Shown in pieces: positions 10,255-17,698 of a DNA stretch of 32,000 nt. The notes below the pieces were generated by a model. It had not been told where the DNA came from and did not search any database. It saw only the letters and a program-made list of their open reading frames with translations. The translations under genes and the position numbers were made by a program. Source of the DNA: Candidatus Saccharimonadota bacterium (GTDB taxonomy: Bacteria > Pseudomonadota > Gammaproteobacteria > Enterobacterales > Enterobacteriaceae); assembly GCF_000185985.2 (NCBI RefSeq), contig NC_014909.2, positions 120,001 to 152,000 on the forward strand, written 5' to 3'. Numbering within the stretch: position 1 is the first letter of the stretch; the number at the start of each line of letters is the position of its first letter.

Positions 10255-11193
10255 ATGATTAGAGTATACGCTCCAGCGTCTATAGGAAATATAGGAGTTG
10301 GTTTTGATACCTTGGGTATAGCGATTACTCCGATAAATGGAGATTTATTAGGAGATTGTGTTAGTGTTGAAAAATCTGACAACTTTATCATTAAAAATAT
10401 TGGATTATTTTATGATCAATTACCTATTGAACTAGAAAAAAATATTGTTTTTCAGTGTTGGAAAAGATTTTGTGAATATTTATGTAAGAAATATCCTCCT
10501 GTCATGATTACTTTAGAAAAAAATGTTCCAGTATCATCTGGTTTGGGATCTAGTGCTTGTTCTATAGTAGCAACGTTAATAGCTATTAATCATTATTATG
10601 GATGTCCGTTAGATAATGAACAATTATTTAAATTAATGGGGGAAATAGAAGGGAAAATTTCTGGATCTATTCATTTGGATAATATAGCTCCTTGTTTTTT
10701 AGGAGGTATGCGTATTTCTCTTGTAGTTTATGACAATATTAATCAATTAATACCTAGTTTTGATAATTGGATATGGGTTATAGCGTATCCAGGAATTAAA
10801 GTATCAACTGAGATGTCTAGATCAGTATTACCTGATAAATATAGTAGAAAAGATTGCATTACTCATAGTCAATATTTATCTGGATTTATACATGCGTCTC
10901 ATACTAATCAAGAATCTTTGGCAATTAAATGCATGAAAGATATTATCGCAGAACCTTATCGAGATAAGTTATTACCAGTGAATTTATCTGTGATAAAAAA
11001 GAGTCTTAGAGAAAAAGGAGCAGTATCTTGCGGTATTTCTGGATCAGGGCCTACTATATTTGCATTATGTAATGTTGCGCATGTGGTTAATGATGTTTTT
11101 GATTGTTTATCAGATTTATATATAAAAAATAATTTAGGTTTTGTAAAGGTTTGTGTTTTAAGTAAGTTGGGAGCTCGTATTTTGTTGGAATAA
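10255..11193 (+). CDS. thrB: Homoserine kinase
   Basis: From ATG 10255, [18 protein letters not shown] aligns with E. coli [36 protein letters not shown] and [13 protein letters not shown] are conserved. The ORF-track TTG 10231 start adds 8 non-homologous codons. Confidence 0.93.
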   Translation: MIRVYAPASIGNIGVGFDTLGIAITPINGDLLGDCVSVEKSDNFIIKNIGLFYDQLPIELEKNIVFQCWKRFCEYLCKKYPPVMITLEKNVPVSSGLGSSACSIVATLIAINHYYGCPLDNEQLFKLMGEIEGKISGSIHLDNIAPCFLGGMRISLVVYDNINQLIPSFDNWIWVIAYPGIKVSTEMSRSVLPDKYSRKDCITHSQYLSGFIHASHTNQESLAIKCMKDIIAEPYRDKLLPVNLSVIKKSLREKGAVSCGISGSGPTIFALCNVAHVVNDVFDCLSDLYIKNNLGFVKVCVLSKLGARILLE

Positions 11194-11196
11194 TAT

Positions 11197-12522
11197 ATGA
11201 AATTATTATATAATATTAAACATAGTAAAGAAAAAGTTAGTTTTTCTGAGGCCCTTATACGAGGTTTAGGAAAAAATCAGGGATTGTTTTTCCCCATTAA
11301 TTTGCCTAAATTTTCGAGTTCTGAAATTGATACGTTATTGAAAATGAATTTCATAGAACGAAGTGCATATATACTATCAAAATATATAGGGGCTGAGCTG
11401 TTATATGAAAATATTTTAACTTGCGTTAAAAATGCATTTACTTTTCCCGTTCCATTAGTTTTTATCAAAAAAAATATTGCGATTTTAGAATTGTTTCATG
11501 GTCCGACTTTAGCTTTTAAAGATTTTGGTAGTCGATTAATGGCAAGCATGTTGATGAATCAAGTTAAAGAAGGTTATAAATTAATTAAAACAAAACCTTT
11601 GGTGATTCTTACGGCTACTTCAGGAGATACGGGAGCTGCAGTAGCTCATGCCTTTTATGGATTGAAAAATATACATGTTTTTATTTTGTATCCTAAAGAT
11701 AAAATTAGTATATTACAAGAAAAATCATTTTGTACATTAGGAGGTAATATAACTACTATTTCGGTTGATGGAGATTTTGATATTTGTCAAAGTTTAGTGA
11801 AACAATCTTTTGAAGATGATTTTTTAAAAAAGAAATTACATTTAAATTCTGCGAATTCCATTAATATTAGCAGATTATTAGCTCAAGTTTGTTATTATTT
11901 TGAAGCATTATCTCAAATTTCCGAACGAATACGTGCTACTAATAAATTAGTAATATCAGTTCCTAGTGGAAATTTTGGTAATTTAACAGCAGGACTTTTA
12001 GCTCAGTCTTCTGGATTACCGGTTCAATGTTTTATTATTGCTACTAATTTAAATGATACGGTTCCTAGATTTTTACAGTCTGGTATATGGAACCCTTTGC
12101 CTACTCTTTCAACATTATCTAATGCAATGGATGTTAGTTGTCCTAGTAATTGGAGTAGAATAGAGGAGTTATTTAGAAGGGAGAAGAGATCTTTTGACGA
12201 ATTAAAATATGGGTGTGTTAATGATGAGTTGACTAAAGACACAATAAATAAACTTTCAAAGTTAGGATATATCGCTGATCCGCATACTGCAGTAGCATAT
12301 CAAGTATTATGTGACCAATTGAATTGTGGTGAATTTGGAATATGTCTTGGTACTGCACATCCCGCTAAATTTAAAAAATTAATAGAATTTGTGTTAGATA
12401 AAAAAGTAAATGTATTGTTACCTGATGTTTTAAAAAATCAAATAAAATTACCTATTTTATCATATAGAATATCGGGGTGTTTTTCTAAATTACGTGATTT
12501 AATTTGTTCTATTGTATTATAA
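11197..12522 (+). CDS. thrC: Threonine synthase
   Basis: 441-aa ORF. VSFSEALIRGLGKNQGLFFP, ELFHGPTLAFKDFG (PLP lysine), LTATSGDTGAAVAHAF, NSANSINISRLLAQ and PSGNFGNLTAG are collinear with E. coli ThrC. The ORF starts 3 nt after the thrB stop. Confidence 0.95.
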   Translation: MKLLYNIKHSKEKVSFSEALIRGLGKNQGLFFPINLPKFSSSEIDTLLKMNFIERSAYILSKYIGAELLYENILTCVKNAFTFPVPLVFIKKNIAILELFHGPTLAFKDFGSRLMASMLMNQVKEGYKLIKTKPLVILTATSGDTGAAVAHAFYGLKNIHVFILYPKDKISILQEKSFCTLGGNITTISVDGDFDICQSLVKQSFEDDFLKKKLHLNSANSINISRLLAQVCYYFEALSQISERIRATNKLVISVPSGNFGNLTAGLLAQSSGLPVQCFIIATNLNDTVPRFLQSGIWNPLPTLSTLSNAMDVSCPSNWSRIEELFRREKRSFDELKYGCVNDELTKDTINKLSKLGYIADPHTAVAYQVLCDQLNCGEFGICLGTAHPAKFKKLIEFVLDKKVNVLLPDVLKNQIKLPILSYRISGCFSKLRDLICSIVL

Positions 12523-12761
12523 TGGAATATGTAATTTGTTTAACAAGATAATAGAAGTAATGATTTCTGAGAGAATTTAATAAATACATAGGAGTTTATT
12601 GATAAAAATATTGAAAGTATAATAGTTAGTGTATATATATTTTATATTTTCTACACAGCGAGAAAATATAGGGGGTGTGTGTTATGTTATTTTTTTTGAT
12701 CATGATGAGATCGTTGTTTGTGTTGAAAAAAAAAGTTTTTAAAAACAAAAGTTTATTGAAG

Positions 12762-12790
12762 CTTGAAAAGTATGGTTTTTGCCCGCATAT
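12762..12790 (+). promoter_or_regulatory. Sigma-32 (heat-shock) type promoter upstream of dnaK
   Basis: CTTGAAA at 12762-12768, a 14-nt spacer, then CCGCATAT at 12783-12790. The sigma-32 consensus is CTTGAAA-N13-15-CCCCATNT, so the -35 matches 7/7 and the -10 matches 7/8. The element ends 64 nt upstream of the dnaK ATG. This C-rich -10 stands out in an otherwise AT-rich spacer. Confidence 0.6.
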
Positions 12791-12854
12791 CAAGTTCATG
12801 GTCTGATTAAAATTATCTATTTTTTTAATATATATGATATATGGAGATATTTAG

Positions 12855-14795
12855 ATGGGAAAGATTATTGGTATTGATTTAGGCACAACCAATTCTTGTG
12901 TTGCAATTATTGACGGCAATAAGCCTCGTGTATTAGAAAATAGTGAAGGGGATAGGACAACTCCTTCTGTTATAGCGTATACACAGGATGGTGAAATTTT
13001 AGTAGGTCAACCGGCTAAACGCCAATCTGTTACTAATCCTAAAAATACTTTATTTGCTATAAAACGTTTAATTGGTCGTCGGTTTCAGGATAAAGAAGTG
13101 CAGCGAGATGTTAATATTATGCCATACAAAATAATTTCTGCTAATAATGGGGATGCTTGGATAGATATTAAAGGACAAAAAATAGCTCCACCGCAAATTT
13201 CAGCTGAAATATTAAAAAAAATGAAGAAAACTGCTGAAGATTATTTGGGAAGTCAGGTTACTGAGGCCGTTATTACGGTTCCTGCTTATTTTAATGACGC
13301 TCAGCGTCAAGCTACTAAGGATGCTGGTCGTATTGCTGGTTTAGAAGTAAAACGAATAATAAATGAACCTACTGCAGCGGCATTAGCATATGGCTTAGAT
13401 AAAGCAACTAAAGGTAATAGAATTATAGCTGTGTATGATTTAGGAGGAGGTACTTTTGATATTTCGATTATAGAAATTGATGATGTTGATGGAGAAAAAA
13501 CTTTTGAGGTATTAGCTACTAATGGAGATACTCATTTAGGAGGAGAAGATTTTGATAGTCTTTTAATTAATTATTTAGTAGATGAATTTAAAAAAGATCA
13601 AAGTATTAATTTATATAATGATCCTTTAGCAATGCAAAGATTGAAGGAATCTGCAGAAAAGGCAAAAATAGAATTGTCAACATCCCAACAAACTGACGTA
13701 AATTTACCTTACATAACAGCAGATAACACTGGTCCTAAACATATGAATTTACGAGTGACTCGTGCCAAATTAGAATCGCTTGTAGAAGATTTAGTAACTC
13801 GTACTATGGATCCTCTTAAATTAGCTCTTAAAGATGCTAATTTATCTGTAGCTGATATAAATGATGTTATTTTAGTAGGGGGGCAAACTAGAATGCCTTT
13901 GGTTCAGAAGAAGGTGTCTGAATTCTTTAATAAAGATCCTCGTAAAGATGTTAATCCTGATGAAGCAGTAGCTATAGGGGCAGCTGTGCAAGGGGGAGTA
14001 TTGTCGGGAGATGTAAAGGATGTATTATTGTTAGATGTAACTCCTTTGTCTTTAGGTATTGAAACTATGGGTGGAGTTATGACTCCTTTGATTTCTAAAA
14101 ATACTACTATTCCTACTAAACATAGTCAGGTTTTTTCTACAGCTGAAGACAATCAAGCAGCTGTGACTATCCATGTTTTACAAGGTGAACGTAAGAGAGC
14201 GAATGATAATAAATCATTGGGACAATTTAATTTGGATGGTATAGCTCCAGCTATGCGAGGTATTCCGCAAATAGAAGTAACTTTTGATATTGATGCTGAT
14301 GGGATTTTACATGTATCTGCAAAAGATAAAAATAGTGGCCGAGAGCAACAAATTACTATTAAAGCTTCTTCTGGGTTAAATGAAGAGGAAATAAAAAAGA
14401 TGGTTCAAGAAGCTGAAGTTAATGCTGAGTTTGATAGAAAATTTGAGGAATTAGTGCAGATTCGTAATCAAGCTGATCATTTATTACATAGCACTCGAAA
14501 GCAGTTAAAAGAATTGGGGGATCGTTTATCTATAGATGATAAAACTGCTATTAATAATGCGTTAAAGGAATTAGAATTAGTAATGAAAAATGAAAATAAG
14601 GGTGAAATTGAAACTAAAGTACAAGATTTAATAAAAGTTTCTGGAAAATTATTAGAGGCAAGTAGTCAGAAGAGTAAAGAATCTAATGCTACCAATCAGT
14701 CTAAAAACACTTCTGATAATAATGCTACTACTTCTTCTGATGCCCATGGAGATGTTGTGGATGCTGAATTTGAAGAGATAAGAAATAAAAAGTAA
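12855..14795 (+). CDS. dnaK: Molecular chaperone DnaK (Hsp70)
   Basis: 646-aa [20 protein letters not shown].. is near-identical to E. coli DnaK through the ATPase and substrate-binding domains. GGAG lies upstream. Confidence 0.98.
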   Translation: MGKIIGIDLGTTNSCVAIIDGNKPRVLENSEGDRTTPSVIAYTQDGEILVGQPAKRQSVTNPKNTLFAIKRLIGRRFQDKEVQRDVNIMPYKIISANNGDAWIDIKGQKIAPPQISAEILKKMKKTAEDYLGSQVTEAVITVPAYFNDAQRQATKDAGRIAGLEVKRIINEPTAAALAYGLDKATKGNRIIAVYDLGGGTFDISIIEIDDVDGEKTFEVLATNGDTHLGGEDFDSLLINYLVDEFKKDQSINLYNDPLAMQRLKESAEKAKIELSTSQQTDVNLPYITADNTGPKHMNLRVTRAKLESLVEDLVTRTMDPLKLALKDANLSVADINDVILVGGQTRMPLVQKKVSEFFNKDPRKDVNPDEAVAIGAAVQGGVLSGDVKDVLLLDVTPLSLGIETMGGVMTPLISKNTTIPTKHSQVFSTAEDNQAAVTIHVLQGERKRANDNKSLGQFNLDGIAPAMRGIPQIEVTFDIDADGILHVSAKDKNSGREQQITIKASSGLNEEEIKKMVQEAEVNAEFDRKFEELVQIRNQADHLLHSTRKQLKELGDRLSIDDKTAINNALKELELVMKNENKGEIETKVQDLIKVSGKLLEASSQKSKESNATNQSKNTSDNNATTSSDAHGDVVDAEFEEIRNKK

Positions 14796-15023
14796 ATATG
14801 ATGTGTATATGTATAAGTTATATGATTTTAGTAATAATAGAGAAATCAAGAGTATATTCAGTGTTACGTTATAGATCTATTGTTTAAATTAAATTATGCA
14901 CATATTATAGTTAGTTTACATATTACAATATTTCATACTTATAAGAGTGTTTTAGTTTTGTTCACTATACTGTGAATATAGTTAATATTAATATATTATT
15001 GAAAGAGTAATAATAGAGGGATC

Positions 15024-16157
15024 ATGGTTAAATCGGATTATTATGAAATTTTAGGGATTGCTAGAAATGCAAATGATCGTGAAATAAAGAAGTCATATAA
15101 ACGTTTGGCGATGAAATTTCATCCAGATAGAAATCCAGGTAGTGCTTCTGCTGAAACTAAATTTAAAGAAATAAAGGAAGCATATGAGGTATTAAGTAAT
15201 CCGGAGAAGCGTGCTGCTTATGATCAATATGGACATGCAGTGTTTGAGCAGAGTGGAGGGATGGGGTCAGGATCGAATTCTGGAGGATCAGATTTTGGTG
15301 ATATTTTTGGAGATGTGTTTGGTGATATTTTTGGGGGGAACAGGAGAAATCGTTCTAGTAGAGGTTCTGATTTAAGATATGATATGGAGTTGACTTTAGA
15401 GGAAGCTGTACGTGGAGTGATTAAGGAGATTTTTGTACCGACTTTGCTAACTTGTGCCCAATGTCGAGGCAGTGGAGCCCGGTCAAGTTCTTCAATAATA
15501 ACATGTATGACTTGTCGAGGTCAAGGTCAAATACAAATGCGTCAAGGTTTCTTTTCTGTGCAACAATCTTGCCCTTCATGCCGAGGCCACGGGAAAATTG
15601 TTAAAGAAATTTGTGGTGTATGTCGAGGTAATGGTCGAGTAGAACGAACGAAAACTTTATCTGTGAAAATTCCAGCTGGAATTAGTGCAGGAGATCGTAT
15701 TCGATTATCAGGTGAAGGGGAATCTGGTAAATATGGGGCTTCAGCAGGGGATCTGTATGTGCAAGTTCAGATCAAAAAACATCCAATTTTTGATCGTGAA
15801 GAGAAAAATTTGTATTGTGAGGTTCCAATTAGTTTTTCTATGGCAGCATTAGGTGGAGAAATTGAAGTTCCAACGTTAGATGGTAGGGTAAAATTAAAGA
15901 TTCCACCTGAAACTCAAACTGGGAAGCTGTTTCGTATGAGGGGTAAAGGAGTAAAGTCTGTTAGAAGTGGAAGTTGTGGAGATTTATTGTGTAAAGTAGT
16001 TGTCGAAACTCCAGTAAGATTAAATGACAGACAAAAAAAATTGTTACAAGATTTATCAGATAGTTTTAATGCCCCTGGGGGGCATAAAAATAGTCCTAGA
16101 TCAAAAAATTTTTTTGAAGGGGTTAGAAAATTTTTTGATGATCTTACTAGGTCGTAA
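15024..16157 (+). CDS. dnaJ: Co-chaperone DnaJ (Hsp40)
   Basis: 377-aa ORF. The J domain is present (DYYEILGI...[13 protein letters not shown]), followed by a G/F-rich linker. The four CxxCxGxG zinc-finger repeats are [24 protein letters not shown] and CGVCRGNG. Confidence 0.97.
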   Translation: MVKSDYYEILGIARNANDREIKKSYKRLAMKFHPDRNPGSASAETKFKEIKEAYEVLSNPEKRAAYDQYGHAVFEQSGGMGSGSNSGGSDFGDIFGDVFGDIFGGNRRNRSSRGSDLRYDMELTLEEAVRGVIKEIFVPTLLTCAQCRGSGARSSSSIITCMTCRGQGQIQMRQGFFSVQQSCPSCRGHGKIVKEICGVCRGNGRVERTKTLSVKIPAGISAGDRIRLSGEGESGKYGASAGDLYVQVQIKKHPIFDREEKNLYCEVPISFSMAALGGEIEVPTLDGRVKLKIPPETQTGKLFRMRGKGVKSVRSGSCGDLLCKVVVETPVRLNDRQKKLLQDLSDSFNAPGGHKNSPRSKNFFEGVRKFFDDLTRS

Positions 16158-16238
16158 TAAATTTTATTCGTAGAAAATAATAAGGAAACAAAACATAGGG
16201 TAGGTGAGTTTATTATAATAAATAAATTAGGCAATACG

Positions 16239-16505
16239 CTAAGGGGTTAGGGTTTTTATTTGTTTAAAAATTTTTGATTTATATCTAGCTGCTTTGTTTC
16301 TATGAATTAATCCTTTAGTAGATTGCCTATCTATGCATTTTTGCATAATGATGAATTGATTTATGGCTAAAGCCTTGTTTTTATTATTAATAGCTTTTTT
16401 TACTTTTTTGATAAAAGTTCGTAACATAGATTTTTTACTTATATTATTTGTACGTCTGTTTTTTGATTTTTTGATAGATTTTTTAGAAGATTTGATATTA
16501 GCCAA
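16239..16505 (-). CDS. rpsT: 30S ribosomal protein S20, initiating at TTG
   Basis: The minus strand reads ..ataAAGGGAaaaaaaTTGgctaatatcaaa. (M)ANIKSSKKSIKKS.. is collinear with E. coli S20 MANIKSAKKRAIQS.., and ..TKGLIHRNKAARYKS aligns with AKGLIHKNKAARHKA. This gives 88 codons against 87 aa in E. coli. As far as I recall, E. coli rpsT also starts at UUG. The ORF-track ATG 16535 adds 10 non-homologous codons and has no SD. Confidence 0.9.
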   Translation of the reverse strand: MANIKSSKKSIKKSKNRRTNNISKKSMLRTFIKKVKKAINNKNKALAINQFIIMQKCIDRQSTKGLIHRNKAARYKSKIFKQIKTLTP

Positions 16506-16556
16506 TTTTTTTCCCTTTATAATAAGTAAACGCATAGATATATAGCAGCTATGCTA

Positions 16557-16623
16557 ACATAAATAAATAAAAACTTAAAACAACTTTTTTGAAAGAGGGT
16601 TTTAAGTTTTTATTTATTTATGT
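16557..16623. repeat. Perfect 25-bp inverted repeat (67-nt palindromic element) in the divergent rpsT-ribF intergenic region
   Basis: ACATAAATAAATAAAAACTTAAAAC at 16557-16581 is the exact reverse complement of GTTTTAAGTTTTTATTTATTTATGT at 16599-16623. All 25 pairs were checked base by base. The spacer is 17 nt (aacttttttgaaagagg). The element lies 52 nt upstream of the rpsT TTG and 119 nt upstream of the ribF ATG. Confidence 0.9.
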
Positions 16624-16741
16624 ATGAATTATAAATTTTATATGTACAATTATAATACATATTTTGCATTTAAGAACAGTTAAATCTATATTAAATAGAT
16701 ATATATAATAAATTTTAAGAAATTTTTGAAGAATATTTATT

Positions 16742-17687
16742 ATGGAATTAATACGGGGATTACATAACATAAAACCTTATCATAAAGGATGTATATTAGC
16801 AATGGGTAATTTTGATGGTTTTCATAGAGGACATCAATTATTAATTAATATATTATGTGAAAAAAAAAAATTATAAATTACCTATTATGGTAATGATTTT
16901 TGAACCACACCCTAGAGAATTTTTCTCTAAAATAGTAAGGATTCGATTAAGCAAATTTAGAGATAAAATTCAATATTTATTTACCGCTGGGGTTGATATA
17001 ATTTTATGTATAGCATTTAATAAAAAATTTGCTTCTACTGAAGCATATAATTTTGTTAAAAAAATTTTAATATATAAGTTAGGGGTGCAATTTATTTGCA
17101 TTGGTAATGATTTTAGGTTTGGAGCATGTAGGAAAGGAGATTATAAATTTTTGAAAAAAATAGGCAATCAGGAAGGATTTCAAGTAGCATGCATAGAGAC
17201 TTGTGTTGATAAACTTGGCCAAAAAATAAGTAGTACTTCAATAAAAATTGCTTTAATGGAAGATAGAATTATGGACGCTGAGTTTTTGATGGGTCATGCT
17301 TATCGTGTTTTTGGAAAAGTTATTCATGGAAATAAATTAGGTCGTATTATTGGATTTCCAACAGCTAATGTATTTTTACAAGGAAAACAATTACCTATGA
17401 ATGGTGTGTATGCGGTAACAGTGTATGGTGTTTGTGACTTACCATTACCAGGTATAGCAAATATTGGGATACGACCAACAATTACTGGATCTTCAATTCA
17501 ACAATTAGAAGTACATATCTTCAATATATCCATAGACTTATATTTACGTTATATTACTGTAGTATTTCTTAAAAAAATACGTAATGAGCAGTATTTTCGA
17601 TCTATACGTATGCTTAAAAATCAAATTAAGAATGATATGTTAATAGTATGTGAGTATTTTAAAAAATACCCTAATATAATGAGATAG
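16742..17687 (+). pseudogene. ribF: Bifunctional riboflavin kinase / FAD synthetase, reading frame interrupted at an A11 tract (a frameshifted gene by standard annotation rules; may still be expressed via slippage)
   Basis: The 5' fragment runs from ATG 16742 to TAA 16874-16876: MELIRGLHNIKPYHKGCILAMGNFDGFHRGHQLLINILCEKKKL*. It aligns with E. coli RibF MKLIRGIHNLSQAPQEGCVLTIGNFDGVHRGHRALLQGLQEEG... The remainder is in the +1 frame (ORF-track 16857..17687: ..NYKLPIMVMIFEPHP...GFPTAN...IRNEQYF). The frames switch inside the A run at 16860-16870. Confidence 0.85.
16860..16870 (+). repeat. A11 homopolymer at the ribF frameshift site
   Basis: Counted directly: a at 16860 plus ten a at 16861-16870, flanked by tgtg and ttat. 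Confidence 0.95.
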
Positions 17688-17698
17688 TGATAAATAAT

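Noticed and set aside
12643-12670. 10-bp A/T stem (tatattttct / agaaaatata, 8-nt loop) downstream of thrC, considered as a terminator.
   Set aside because: It lies 121 nt after the stop, is all A-T apart from one pair, and is followed by GGGGGTGTG rather than a U-tract. It is not distinguishable from chance palindromes in AT-rich spacers.
12684-12806. 40-codon sORF (MLFFLIMMRSLFVLKKKVFKNKSLLKLEKYGFCPHIKFMV) in the thrC-dnaK spacer.
   Set aside because: It has no SD and overlaps the putative sigma-32 promoter. I recognise no homologue among the E. coli genes of this interval, so it is probably fortuitous.
14981-14997. The exact 17-mer gttaatattaatatatt occurs upstream of both dnaJ (14981-14997) and folA (27821-27837).
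   Set aside because: It is a low-complexity A/T palindromic string. A rough estimate for this composition and window size gives an expected count of chance 17-mer repeats near one. The distances to the two start codons differ (26 and 41 nt), so there is no basis for calling it a shared regulatory motif.
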